This document shows positions 7,227 through 17,220 of a stretch of 24,469 nucleotides of DNA, piece after piece. The stretch lies in IMG/VR virus record IMGVR_UViG_3300029318_000096, positions 1 through 24,469 of that record. The stretch is one strand, 5' to 3'. Made by a program: the position numbers and the translations under genes. Position 1 is the stretch's first letter; each line of letters begins with the position of its first letter. Origin of the DNA: a virus (Duplodnaviria > Caudoviricetes). The notes under the pieces were generated by a model, which was not told the DNA's origin, ran no database searches, and saw only the letters and a program-made list of their open reading frames with translations.

Positions 7227-10041
7227 AGGTATTCAGCAGGTAGTTCAGAAGGTTGTATCTTGGTTTATAGATATTCCTGAAATTCCTGATATTCCTGAAG
7301 TTGAGGAGATCAGAGGAACACTTATAAATAAATCCTCAAATAATGCACAAATACCAGTCATCTATGGAGAAAGATTGGTAGGCGGTACAAGAGTTTTTTT
7401 ACAAACTAGCGGAACAGATAATACATATCTTTATGGTGCATTGGTTTTATGTGAGGGTGAAATTAATGCAATTACACAAATTCAAGTAAATGATAGTGCA
7501 GTCACATTCTCAGGCAGCTTTGCTAGTGGATCTACAATAACATCAAATGATAGTAAGTATGGCACTACAATCCAAGTACAACCTTTTTATGGTGCTGACG
7601 ATCAAGCAGCTTCAAGTTTACTATCAACCTTATCCAACTGGGGTAGTAATCACAAGCTATCTGGAATTTGCTATCTTGCCTTTAGAATAACTTGGGATGC
7701 TGACAAATATACTGGTATTCCAAACTTTAAAGTAAAAGTTCAAGGAAAAAAAATATCAACATTTGATAATTCTAGTAATGAAACAACAGGACAATATTCA
7801 ACAAATCCTGCTTTTATTCTTTTAGATTTTATGAGAAATGAAAGATATGGAAAAGGTATTCCACTAACTGAATTAGATATTCCTAGCTTCTATGCAGCTT
7901 CACAGGTGGCAGATACTACAGTCACATATTTCACAGGAACTACAGGTAAATTATTTGAATGTAATGCAGTATTAAATACTAATAAGCAAATATTAGACAA
8001 TGTTAGAACTCTTTTAAGAGGAATGAGAGGGCTTTTACCTTATGTGCAAGGTAAATATAAATTAATTATTGAAACTACTGGCACTGCTGCATTTACTTTA
8101 AATGAAGATAATATTATAGGTGGTATAAAGCTAGAGAGTGAAAGAAAAAACGAAAAATACAACAGAGTTTTAGTAAACTTTGTCAATCCAGATAAAAATT
8201 ATCAATCAGATACTATTGTTTATGATACTGACCATGCAACCTTAAAAACTGCAGATGGTGGCTTTTTACAAGAAGGAAATGTGACTTTAACCACAATTAC
8301 TTCACCATATCAAGCACATGAGTTTGGTAAAATAATATTAAACAGAAGTAGAGATAATTTAAAACTAGGATTAACTGCTAATTATGAAGCATTGGATCTA
8401 GCTATTGGAGATATTGTAAATGTCACTTCTACAATTTTGGGAATGACGAACAAACCATTTAGAGTTAGTGGAATGACACTAAATGCAGATTTTACTGCAG
8501 CATTATCTTTACAAGAGCATCAAGATAGTTGGTACACATTTAGCACTATTTCCGAAGTTGCAACCATTGGAGATACATCTTTTCCTGATCCATTTACAGT
8601 TCAAGCACCTGCTTCATTAACATTAAGTGATGATTTAGTTGAATATAATGACGGAACTGTAATAACCAGATTATTAGTGACTGTTGGTGCTTCACCTGAC
8701 CAATTTGTTGATGACTATGAGATAGAGGTCAAACAAACATTAGATAAAGATGGTAATGCAGTATCAGATAGTTTTAGAATTGTATCTCAAGGTAAATCTT
8801 TAGAATATCAATTAATCAATGCGGTAGATGGTGCAACTTACGAAGTAAGAGCAAGAGGTATTAACTCATTAGGTGTAAAATCATCTTATACCTCAGGAAC
8901 TCACAAAGTAATTGGTGCTACAGAGCCACCTGCTAATGTGACTGATTTTAGTATATCTTTGATAGGATCAGATCAGATGCAGCTTTCATGGCTACCAGTC
9001 ACAGATTTAGATGTAGAAAGTTATGAGATTAGATATGAAAAAGTAGCTAATGGCACAGAATGGTTTAATTCTACTGATCTTGTCAGAGTACCTAGAAGAA
9101 GTGCAAACAGTGTTATCTTAAACAGGATTGATCCGCCATTTACTTTATCTATCAAAGCTATTGATAAATTAGGAAATGAAAGTCTTGAGCCAAACTTTAT
9201 TACTTCATCTAATGTAGCAGCAGAAGGATATAAGCAAATATCCTCAATCACAGAGCATCCAACATTTGATGGCACATTTACCAATACATTTAAAAGAACA
9301 GATACTGGTGCAGCAGGGGGAACTAATTGTATTACCTTAGATACAATTACTACCTTTGATGAAAAAACAGGCTTATTTGATGCGGTTGATAGTGCTTATG
9401 TATTTGAAACAGGCGGTGTAAATGAGAATATAATATCCAGTGGCACATATGATTTTAATAGTACATTCAGTTTACCTTTTGTTTATGATGCAACATTCAA
9501 AATACAATTAGATATGGTTGCAGATGATCCTTATGATTTATTTGATTTTGGTAGGGGTGAAACCTTATTTGAAAATGCCAAAGCACCTTTTGATGGAAAC
9601 TTACCTACCAATGCAGGAACTAATATTCAGATTGGTGCAAGTGAAACAAGCCTTGATGCTATCTCTACATTTACTGGTGTTGCACAACAAGGAACATTTA
9701 GGGGTAAGTTCTTTAAATTTAAAGCAAAATTAATTTCATTAAATAATCAATCAAGAGCATTGGTTAAAGGATTAACCATAACTCTAAATTTACAAAACAG
9801 GCAGGAAACAGGTGAAGATGTCAGTAGTGGTGCAGGAACTTACAGTGTCACCTTTACAAATCCATTCTATGCAAATCCTAATATCAATGTCACTGGTCAG
9901 AATATGTCTAGTGGAGATTATTTTGTAGTTGCTAATAAGAGTATCTCAGGTTTTGATGTCACTTTTTACAATTCTAGCAATTCTGCTATTTCAAAAACTT
10001 TTGACTATCAAGCTAATGGTTATGGCTTGAAATCTGCGTGA
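7210..10041 (+). CDS. Central tail tip / host-specificity protein (lambda J-like, FN3 repeats)
   Basis: 943 aa; 'IPVIYGERLVGG', 'STNPA.ILLDF..N.RYGKG', FN3-type 'YEVRARGINSLGVKS'. Confidence 0.88.
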   Translation: MSNIVKGIQQVVQKVVSWFIDIPEIPDIPEVEEIRGTLINKSSNNAQIPVIYGERLVGGTRVFLQTSGTDNTYLYGALVLCEGEINAITQIQVNDSAVTFSGSFASGSTITSNDSKYGTTIQVQPFYGADDQAASSLLSTLSNWGSNHKLSGICYLAFRITWDADKYTGIPNFKVKVQGKKISTFDNSSNETTGQYSTNPAFILLDFMRNERYGKGIPLTELDIPSFYAASQVADTTVTYFTGTTGKLFECNAVLNTNKQILDNVRTLLRGMRGLLPYVQGKYKLIIETTGTAAFTLNEDNIIGGIKLESERKNEKYNRVLVNFVNPDKNYQSDTIVYDTDHATLKTADGGFLQEGNVTLTTITSPYQAHEFGKIILNRSRDNLKLGLTANYEALDLAIGDIVNVTSTILGMTNKPFRVSGMTLNADFTAALSLQEHQDSWYTFSTISEVATIGDTSFPDPFTVQAPASLTLSDDLVEYNDGTVITRLLVTVGASPDQFVDDYEIEVKQTLDKDGNAVSDSFRIVSQGKSLEYQLINAVDGATYEVRARGINSLGVKSSYTSGTHKVIGATEPPANVTDFSISLIGSDQMQLSWLPVTDLDVESYEIRYEKVANGTEWFNSTDLVRVPRRSANSVILNRIDPPFTLSIKAIDKLGNESLEPNFITSSNVAAEGYKQISSITEHPTFDGTFTNTFKRTDTGAAGGTNCITLDTITTFDEKTGLFDAVDSAYVFETGGVNENIISSGTYDFNSTFSLPFVYDATFKIQLDMVADDPYDLFDFGRGETLFENAKAPFDGNLPTNAGTNIQIGASETSLDAISTFTGVAQQGTFRGKFFKFKAKLISLNNQSRALVKGLTITLNLQNRQETGEDVSSGAGTYSVTFTNPFYANPNINVTGQNMSSGDYFVVANKSISGFDVTFYNSSNSAISKTFDYQANGYGLKSA

Positions 10042-10061
10042 ATATGAGGTAGAAAAAACTA

Positions 10062-10376
10062 ATGTCACAAGTATCACAAATTACTATTGATAATGTTGCA
10101 TTTGGTACTTTTAGATCAAATCTAAATTCTGTACTGGGTGCTATAAATTCATCTCATTCAGGCACATCTGCACCTGCAACTGCAACCGCAGGTACACTAT
10201 GGGTAGATACTGCTACATCAGGAGTTTTAAAATTAAAAATGAATGATGGAACAGATAATGTTGAAATATTACAGCTAAATATTTCTTCAAATGCACTAAC
10301 AAGTACCATGAGTGTCACTGGTACAATAAGCGAAACCGATCCCAATGCTTTGCCATTGGCGATTGCACTAGGATAG
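10062..10376 (+). CDS. Short tail fibre / adaptor protein
   Basis: 'SSHSGTSAP...AGTLWVDT...LK' fibre motif and C-terminal 'ALAIALG'-type end. Confidence 0.6.
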   Translation: MSQVSQITIDNVAFGTFRSNLNSVLGAINSSHSGTSAPATATAGTLWVDTATSGVLKLKMNDGTDNVEILQLNISSNALTSTMSVTGTISETDPNALPLAIALG

Positions 10377-10383
10377 AGGAAGA

Positions 10384-10734
10384 ATGGCAAATACATTTAA
10401 AGTAAAAACAAATGGTGCTATGCCAGCAAGTGCAGGTACACCTTTAACTTTATATACAGTGCCAAATGCTACTACAACAGTCGTAATAGGCTTAGTTTTA
10501 TGTAATGTTCACACGACATCTGTGACTGCTGATGTTCAATTAGTATCAGATACTTCTGACACTGAAACAAACGAAACAGTCTTACTAGCAAAAGATGTAG
10601 TGATCCCTGCAGGTAGTTCATTGGAATTATTAACAGGCGGAAAAGTAGTAGTACAAGCAACTGATATTTTAAAGATTGATTGTTCTGTGACTGCAAAAAT
10701 AGACGCAACACTAAGTATATTAGAAATTACATAA
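10384..10734 (+). CDS. Structural protein (beta-sandwich, fibre-associated)
   Basis: 'MANTFK...LYTVP..TT.VVIGL.LCN...SILEIT' pattern recurrent in marine phage fibre regions; SD GAGGA. Confidence 0.6.
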   Translation: MANTFKVKTNGAMPASAGTPLTLYTVPNATTTVVIGLVLCNVHTTSVTADVQLVSDTSDTETNETVLLAKDVVIPAGSSLELLTGGKVVVQATDILKIDCSVTAKIDATLSILEIT

Positions 10735-10743
10735 GGGGTATAG

Positions 10744-11553
10744 ATGTCTTACATTGGAACAATACCAAAAGATACTTTTACCACAGGATTAGTAGATAGA
10801 TTTACTTCTACTACTGGTACTACAGTCACATTAACTCACGAAATTTCAGCCAAAAACGATATCATTGTATTTGTTAATTTTGTTAAACAGGATAGCACTA
10901 ACTATTCTGTAGGGGGAACTGGCAACAAGACATTAACTCTTGGTGGTACTCTTGTCAGTTCAGATATCGTTGAAGTTCATTATTTAAATAAAGTATTTGG
11001 AACACAACAACCTTCAGCAAATTCAGTTGGTATTACTGAATTAAATTTATCTGAGGGGACAAGCGGTCAAGCATTAACTACAAATGGTAGTGGTACATTA
11101 TCTTTTGCCACAATAGAAAGTGGATCTAACACACCTAATTTTGATGTAAGACTCTCAAGTAATTTTGGATTGACAAATGATACTTTTACAAAAGTCACAT
11201 GGGATAGTGAAACTTTTGACTCAGATAATGCTTTTGCTTCTAATAAATTTACTGTTCCAAGCGGTAAAGGAGGTAAGTATGTGTTTATAGCACACTATAA
11301 AATTGGAAATTCATTAGGATATTATACTTTTAAGTATTACAAAAATGGCTCTGCGGTAAGTATTGATGGTGGTGGCGTAAATAGAAATATTTACAATTAT
11401 GCTAATAGTGATAATGATTTTTCTTTTCATCATATTGTAATGCTAAATTTAAGTGCAGGTGATTATATAGAAACTTATGCTCAAACAACATCTGGTAGTG
11501 GTAATAATGTTTATGCAAATCAAAGTTATTTTCAGGGGTTTAAATTAATATAA
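10744..11553 (+). CDS. Tail fibre module A: long anchor + C1q-like head
   Basis: 'MSYIG..P' anchor, 'GQALTTNGSGTLSF' linker, C1q-like head 'FTVPSGKGGKY.F...L.LSAGDYIE.Y...F.GFKLI'. Confidence 0.75.
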   Translation: MSYIGTIPKDTFTTGLVDRFTSTTGTTVTLTHEISAKNDIIVFVNFVKQDSTNYSVGGTGNKTLTLGGTLVSSDIVEVHYLNKVFGTQQPSANSVGITELNLSEGTSGQALTTNGSGTLSFATIESGSNTPNFDVRLSSNFGLTNDTFTKVTWDSETFDSDNAFASNKFTVPSGKGGKYVFIAHYKIGNSLGYYTFKYYKNGSAVSIDGGGVNRNIYNYANSDNDFSFHHIVMLNLSAGDYIETYAQTTSGSGNNVYANQSYFQGFKLI

Positions 11554-11879
11554 TGGCAGATTTATCATCAAAAATTAGAAAATATGTAGGTGCTGAAGTT
11601 GATTTCACTTCAGATGTAATTTTACAAGATGACTCAGATGGCAAAGGTGCATACATAAAAGAGTGGAATTTAGAAATTTCTAAACCTACACAAGAACAAT
11701 TAGACGCAAAAGAAACTGAAGCTAATGATTACGAAACAAATAAAAATATAGATAGCAAAAGAAGATTACAATATGGTAGTTGGGAAGAACAAATGGAAAT
11801 GATTTACAAAGACCAAAAAAATGGAACAACAACATTTAAAGACCATTGTGATAAGGTCAGAGAGGATAACCCTAAGTAA
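11553..11879 (+). CDS. Fibre-associated chaperone (XkdW-like)
   Basis: 'LQDDSDGKGAYIKEWN...KPT.EQL'; paralogue of 13744-14064; coupled to module A. Confidence 0.65.
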   Translation: MADLSSKIRKYVGAEVDFTSDVILQDDSDGKGAYIKEWNLEISKPTQEQLDAKETEANDYETNKNIDSKRRLQYGSWEEQMEMIYKDQKNGTTTFKDHCDKVREDNPK

Positions 11880-12397
11880 TGCCATTTAATAAGATCATAG
11901 CAGAAAGTATGGATTTAACTGATACCTATGCCTTTACAGGTACAGTTAGTGGTGCAGGAAAAGTTCTTCAAATGAAATCTGTACAAGGAACTTCTGCTGT
12001 AAGTATAAATTCAGAAAGTTTTACAAATTTAACATCTATGGCAATAACATTCTCACCAATAAGTGCAAGTTCTATAATTTTGTTTCAAATTAGTGCTTCT
12101 GTAAATGGAGATCACGGAGATGTAAATCAAGGTATGAGATATGCTCTCAGAGATACCACAGGTGGATCAAATGAAGCAGAAATTACAGTTATGAGATATG
12201 TTTCTGCTCAAGCAGATTATATTTACGATCACCCTACAGTTATGTATAGAAAAGCTAGTTGGGGTGCAGGAACAAGTAAAGCATGGCAATGGCAAGGATC
12301 AACTGTTTCTGGCACAAATTTAGTACAATGGAATAGGCAATCTGTGTTTTCAACAAGTGGTAGAGCAGTATTTAGTATGATGGAGTATTTAGAGTAG
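11879..12397 (+). CDS. Tail fibre module B: short anchor + non-C1q head ('GKVLQ' type)
   Basis: N-terminus shares 'AFTGTVSGAG' with 14061-14579; different beta-sandwich head. Confidence 0.65.
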   Translation: MPFNKIIAESMDLTDTYAFTGTVSGAGKVLQMKSVQGTSAVSINSESFTNLTSMAITFSPISASSIILFQISASVNGDHGDVNQGMRYALRDTTGGSNEAEITVMRYVSAQADYIYDHPTVMYRKASWGAGTSKAWQWQGSTVSGTNLVQWNRQSVFSTSGRAVFSMMEYLE

Positions 12398-12399
12398 TT

Positions 12400-12774
12400 A
12401 TGGATATAGCAAATATTTTAGTATCTTTAAATAAAAGAAACAACAATGACTATCAATTCGTTGTTTATGGTAATCCAACAACAGAAGAAGAATTTAAAGA
12501 AAATGTAAATTTTGTTTCAGAAAGTTATACTTGGGCAGAAGTACAAACAGAAAAACCTTTAGCAGAATTTGATTATTCAATGGAAGAATTAAGAAAAAAA
12601 AGAAATAATCTTTTAAATCAAACTGATTACATAGTTATAAAAGCAAAAGAAACAGGTGGCACAATTCCAAGTGCATGGAAAACATATAGACAAGAACTTA
12701 GAGATTTAACAAACGGTTTGACTACTGTTGATGAAGTAAACGCAGTAGAATTTCCAGAAAGACCAAGTACATGA
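12400..12774 (+). CDS. Tail fibre assembly chaperone
   Basis: 'LRKKRN.LL..TD.....W..YRQ.LRDLT...FP..P' signature. Confidence 0.75.
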   Translation: MDIANILVSLNKRNNNDYQFVVYGNPTTEEEFKENVNFVSESYTWAEVQTEKPLAEFDYSMEELRKKRNNLLNQTDYIVIKAKETGGTIPSAWKTYRQELRDLTNGLTTVDEVNAVEFPERPST

Positions 12775-13739
12775 GTTATATAGGCAAGACACCGACAGTA
12801 GGTAATTTTATAAAGTTAGATTCACTAACCGCTAGTGCAACTGCTTCTTATACAATGCAACATGGTGGAGTAAACTTTCAACCAGAGAGTGCTTTACATA
12901 TGTTGGTATCACTAAATGGTGTTATACAATCACCGAACACTTCATTTACAATTAGTGGTAGCACGATCACATTTTCAAGTGCATTAACATCATCAGATAG
13001 TATTGACTTCATTATTGTTTATGGAAATGTTTTAGATATTGGAGTACCTAGTGATAGCACAGTCACTAATGCAAAAACTAATTTTGTATCTACATCAAGT
13101 GCTGCAGGTTTACAGATCAAAGGTGACGGAACTACTGACGGAACACTTCAGCTTAACTGTTCACAAAACAGTCATGGTATTAAATTAAAATCCCCTGCTC
13201 ACAGTGCAGGTGCTAGTTATACTTTAACTTTTCCAACTACTGACGGAAACGCAGATGAGTTTTTAAAGACTGACGGAAGTGGTGCATTGTCTTGGGCTAG
13301 TGCAGGTGGAACTAATACACCAAATTTTTCAGCTGTTATGGGTTCCAATCAATCTGTTGCTAATAGTACCAATACTAAACTTTTATATAATACAGAAGAA
13401 TTTGATAGTGGTGGTTGTTATGATGCTAGTAATAGTAAATTTGTTGTGCCTTCTGGTCAGGGTGGTAAATATATTTTTACTGCTCAGTTTGAAATTGACA
13501 CAGTAGATAGTGGTGAACGAGTGGAATTAAAAGTTTTCAAAAATGGTAGTGAAGATGCACGAGCAAGACAATTTACAGTATCTGGACATGATGGCAGAGA
13601 GCAATTTATAGAAAATACTTTTGTTTTAAATCTTAGTGCTTCTGATTATATTGAAATTTATAGTCAACATAATGTAGGTCAAACAAGAACATATTATGCA
13701 AGTCATACTAGATTTAGTGGGTTTAAATTAATAGAGTAG
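12771..13739 (+). CDS. Tail fibre module C: long anchor + spacer + C1q-like head
   Basis: Paralogue of module A ('MSYIG..P', 'LKTDGSGALSW', 'NTPNF', 'GFKLI') with an extra spacer segment. Confidence 0.75.
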   Translation: MSYIGKTPTVGNFIKLDSLTASATASYTMQHGGVNFQPESALHMLVSLNGVIQSPNTSFTISGSTITFSSALTSSDSIDFIIVYGNVLDIGVPSDSTVTNAKTNFVSTSSAAGLQIKGDGTTDGTLQLNCSQNSHGIKLKSPAHSAGASYTLTFPTTDGNADEFLKTDGSGALSWASAGGTNTPNFSAVMGSNQSVANSTNTKLLYNTEEFDSGGCYDASNSKFVVPSGQGGKYIFTAQFEIDTVDSGERVELKVFKNGSEDARARQFTVSGHDGREQFIENTFVLNLSASDYIEIYSQHNVGQTRTYYASHTRFSGFKLIE

Positions 13740-13743
13740 AAAC

Positions 13744-14064
13744 ATGGCAAATTTATATACAAAAGTAAAATTATACATAGAGGCAAATTCTGAAACTTGG
13801 AATGATGCTAAAGTATTATTACAAAATGACGGAGAGGAAGATTATATTAAGGAATGGTCTTATAGTTTTGCAAAACCTACTAACGCACAATTAAACGCAT
13901 TAGAAAGTGATGCTGATGACTATGAATATAACTTAGGTCAAATTGCAAAACGCAAAGCAGAATACGGAAGTGCTATAAGTCAAATGGAAAATATTATTGA
14001 AAATGGTTTATCGGCAGAACAAACTAGAGTAAATTCAATTAAGGAAAAATATCCAAAGAGATGA
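13744..14064 (+). CDS. Fibre-associated chaperone (XkdW-like)
   Basis: 'LQNDG..DYIKEW....KPT.AQL'; paralogue of 11553-11879. Confidence 0.65.
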   Translation: MANLYTKVKLYIEANSETWNDAKVLLQNDGEEDYIKEWSYSFAKPTNAQLNALESDADDYEYNLGQIAKRKAEYGSAISQMENIIENGLSAEQTRVNSIKEKYPKR

Positions 14065-14579
14065 CATTAATTAAAGCAAGATCAAGAGGTATTAATTTAG
14101 CAGATAATTTTGCATTTACAGGAACTGTAAGCGGTGCAGGTGGTAATACACCTGCATTTTTTGTTAAATTATCTGGGAATCAAACTATTAATAATGATTC
14201 AGTCACAACAATGGCTTTTAATACAGAAGTATATGACTCGGACTCTGCATTTGATACTTCAACTTATCGTTTTACAGTTCCTAGTGGTCAAGCAGGTAAA
14301 TATATTTTTACTGCAACAGGGGGTTTTAGTAATTCTGATGCGGCTACTGCTGCAAGATATCAATTAATGTTTTATAAAAATAATTCTTTAGCGGATTTTT
14401 CTGGTGATTTTGCACAAGCACAAAATTCAAGTGCAGATCCTACATTAAACTTTACAACACAGTTTGATTTATCTGTGGGTGATTATATTGATGCAAGAAT
14501 TTATCATAATGCTTCATCAACAGAAATATTACAGTCAGCTTATGCTAGATTTTTTGGTTTCAAAATTGGTGGTGCATAA
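14061..14579 (+). CDS. Tail fibre module D: short anchor + C1q-like head
   Basis: Anchor like module B, head like modules A and C ('NTPAF', 'FTVPSGQAGKYIF', 'LSVGDYID', 'FFGFKI'). Confidence 0.75.
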   Translation: MTLIKARSRGINLADNFAFTGTVSGAGGNTPAFFVKLSGNQTINNDSVTTMAFNTEVYDSDSAFDTSTYRFTVPSGQAGKYIFTATGGFSNSDAATAARYQLMFYKNNSLADFSGDFAQAQNSSADPTLNFTTQFDLSVGDYIDARIYHNASSTEILQSAYARFFGFKIGGA

Positions 14580-14584
14580 AGTGA

Positions 14585-15145
14585 ATGAGAAATGATTGGC
14601 TCATTTATGTCACTTCTTGTTGTGTAATATTTTTATTTTCTCTTTTAATTTGTACTCAAGTTCATGCTCAAAATAATACAGTCAGTTCAACTGTCACTGT
14701 AGATAAAACTCCACCTTCAGCTATATCACCAAGTGTAAATGCACAATCTGATCTATGCGTAGTTCCAGTATCAGGAGCAGTTCAATCAACTGTGATTGGT
14801 ATTAGTGCAGGGAGTGTCTATGATTCGGAATTTTGTCAGGCAGTTCGCCTAAGTAAATTATTAGCCTCACTAGGCTTAAAGGTAGCTTCTGTTTCTATCT
14901 TGGCTCAGAATGATGCAAGAGTTTTTGATAGTCTTTGGTTAGCAGGTACTTATCCTCCAATAAATGCAAAAATAGGAATTGATGCAAAAGAAGAATGGCT
15001 AAAGCCTGAGAACGCACATCTTATTCCAGAGGGTTCTAAAATATTTCCTAAAACAGAAATTAAACCAGTAGAAAATAAAGAAGGTGATTGGGATGCTCTT
15101 AAAGACTTTGGTCTTGTTGCTCTTAGTATGCTTCTCATACTCTAA
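14585..15145 (+). CDS. Exported/membrane-anchored hypothetical protein
   Basis: N-terminal signal peptide ending 'VHA-Q', two Cys in the mature part, hydrophobic C-terminus. Confidence 0.65.
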   Translation: MRNDWLIYVTSCCVIFLFSLLICTQVHAQNNTVSSTVTVDKTPPSAISPSVNAQSDLCVVPVSGAVQSTVIGISAGSVYDSEFCQAVRLSKLLASLGLKVASVSILAQNDARVFDSLWLAGTYPPINAKIGIDAKEEWLKPENAHLIPEGSKIFPKTEIKPVENKEGDWDALKDFGLVALSMLLIL

Positions 15146-16469
15146 TGCTTATGAGCAGCAATATCAAATTGGTGATGTTGGAGAGAATGGCGGCACAATT
15201 ATTTCAGTTGTTGTTCAAGAAGAACTCAGTGATATCCAAACAGAAATTATTGGTGATTTCCTAGAAACCACAGAAATCTACACTTACACAGAAACAGTTA
15301 TTGAAGAAGTAGAGCAAACTACTTACGAAACAGTCACCACAACTACAGAAATAAAAACAGATAATCTTTTAGATCAATACACAGATACCAATGTCAATGT
15401 AGTAGGTAATAATTATGGAATGACTGGTGCTGAGATTACTACAGGTAATCAATCTCAGGGCGGTGGCAGTCGTGTTTATGACATTGATTTAGACTATGAC
15501 AATGTTCAACAAATTGATTATGGCAGCAAAGTACATTCTCACATATCAAATCAAAATGTTCCTTTATGTGCTAACACATCAGGGGATTGTAAAGATGATT
15601 TTAAAATATCAGTAAGACTATATGAAGATGGTGTATTGAAAGAACAATATACACATAATTACACTGGCATTAGTTGGGTAGGATCACAAGACTATGATTT
15701 TACACAGGATGTATCAAATATAGCTTTTAATAGTGCTGAGTTAGAATTATATGGGATAGATAGAGGATATCTTACTGGATATTATGGTGTTGGTTTTAGT
15801 GATATGTATTTTGATATTACCTATAATCAGATCAATGAAATCATTAATGAGATCATCAATAAAATAGAAGTTAAGTATGCTCTAAAGACAGAAGAATATA
15901 TTTACAAATCTGATTATATTGCACCACCACCTGAGGAGATAATTGAGATTGAAGTTGGGGATGCACCTGAAGAAATAATTAGTTTTGAATTAGATGATTT
16001 TGTTGAAGATATTGAATTTGAAATTGATATCCAACCTACAGAAGAAATCCAAGAGATTGAGGTGGTAGAGGTTGAAGAAGTAAAATCAGAAGTAATGGAA
16101 GAATTTGAAAATATAGAAGAAGCACCTGAGGAAGTAGTAGAGGAAGTAAAAGAAGAAAAGCAGGAAGAAACAGAAGAACAGAAAGAAAAAGTGACACCTA
16201 AAGAAATCAAACAAAAGATCGCAAATAAAATTATGGCTTCTCAAAAAGATAAAATGTCAAATGATGCACAAACTACTCAATTAGCCCTGATGGTCATTTT
16301 AGCAGATGTAAGTTTTGATAGTTATTTAAGTATGCAGATTGCTGATGGTGAATTTTACAAAGATGTTGGTTTAGTAGATCAAAATGTGATAATAGATACT
16401 CAGGCAGGTATATTAGGGTATATGGATTACGGAACATTTAATGAAATGGTAGATAGTCAGTGGAAGTAG
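15093..16469 (+). CDS. Exported acidic protein with beta domain and Glu-rich linker
   Basis: Signal peptide 'MLLKTLVLLLLVCFSYSNA' (ATG 15093; track uses GTG 15084); Glu-rich stretch at about 15930-16200. Confidence 0.65.
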   Translation: MLLKTLVLLLLVCFSYSNAYEQQYQIGDVGENGGTIISVVVQEELSDIQTEIIGDFLETTEIYTYTETVIEEVEQTTYETVTTTTEIKTDNLLDQYTDTNVNVVGNNYGMTGAEITTGNQSQGGGSRVYDIDLDYDNVQQIDYGSKVHSHISNQNVPLCANTSGDCKDDFKISVRLYEDGVLKEQYTHNYTGISWVGSQDYDFTQDVSNIAFNSAELELYGIDRGYLTGYYGVGFSDMYFDITYNQINEIINEIINKIEVKYALKTEEYIYKSDYIAPPPEEIIEIEVGDAPEEIISFELDDFVEDIEFEIDIQPTEEIQEIEVVEVEEVKSEVMEEFENIEEAPEEVVEEVKEEKQEETEEQKEKVTPKEIKQKIANKIMASQKDKMSNDAQTTQLALMVILADVSFDSYLSMQIADGEFYKDVGLVDQNVIIDTQAGILGYMDYGTFNEMVDSQWK

Positions 16470-16906
16470 AATATAAGGGCATATCTATGAAGGGTGGAAA
16501 AATTTTCATCATTCTGTCTTTATTAGGAACTTTAGGTGGTGCTGCATGGACAGGATTTACTTTTTATCAAGATTATTTAGATATGAAGGAAAAAATACAA
16601 TCTTATACTGCACCTGATTTAAGCCATATTGATGAACAAATAGCAGTCTTGAAATCAGAGGTATCAATGGTGTTAGAAGAAGTTAGCCTAGTAAATGATG
16701 TAGCAACATCATTAAAAAACGATTTGAGAGATGATATAAAAACCATGAAATCTGACATCAGGCTACAAGACCGCATAATTAAAGATGTAGAAACTATGGT
16801 CAAAAACATGGATAGGCAACTACATGAAGATTTAAAACTTTTAGAAGAAGAATTAGATGCTAATATTAAGAAAGCACTAAGCAATCCACTTGCAGGAGTT
16901 AAGTAA
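16460..16906 (+). CDS. Single-pass membrane protein with coiled coil
   Basis: TM 'IFIILSLLGTLGGAAWTGF', heptad-rich body, C-terminal 'ALSNPLA'. Confidence 0.65.
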   Translation: MEVEYKGISMKGGKIFIILSLLGTLGGAAWTGFTFYQDYLDMKEKIQSYTAPDLSHIDEQIAVLKSEVSMVLEEVSLVNDVATSLKNDLRDDIKTMKSDIRLQDRIIKDVETMVKNMDRQLHEDLKLLEEELDANIKKALSNPLAGVK

Positions 16907-17220
16907 TGGCTACAGAGAAAGAATTAGAAAAACAACTAAGAGAGATCAAAAAAGAAGTTAGAGAACTAAGAACACACAACCAGTTCTTGGTAGATAGGCT
17001 TGAAAAAGGTCACGAAAGAAACGCAGAATTAAGAAAGCAAATGATGACTATGACATTTGATGATGTTGTAAAAAATCAAAAAGAACTAGCAGAATATCAG
17101 GCTAAACTAACTAAAGATAAAGAACTGCTAGAAACATTTGACAAACAAACAGAAGTAAAGTTAGATACCGCAGGGATAACAGATGGCGACACAAGCAGAG
17201 AAAATCAACAAGCTAGATAA
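16906..17220 (+). CDS. Coiled-coil hypothetical protein
   Basis: SD AGGAG, coupled start, heptad pattern. Confidence 0.6.
   Translation: MATEKELEKQLREIKKEVRELRTHNQFLVDRLEKGHERNAELRKQMMTMTFDDVVKNQKELAEYQAKLTKDKELLETFDKQTEVKLDTAGITDGDTSRENQQAR

Noticed and set aside
9518-14367. Alternative-frame + strand ORFs 9518-9733, 13279-13506, 14134-14367
   Set aside because: Fully nested in fibre/tip genes; the Leu/Val/Ile-rich translations are the expected off-frame artefact. No lipobox suggesting an embedded o-spanin.
10744-14579. Diversity-generating retroelement or invertase shufflon acting on the fibre heads
   Set aside because: No reverse transcriptase or site-specific recombinase in the window, no long near-identical repeat with adenine-specific mismatches, and all modules are co-oriented with their own starts.
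15930-16200. Tandem DNA repeat (GAA-rich)
   Set aside because: Low-complexity Glu-rich coding sequence with no fixed repeat unit.
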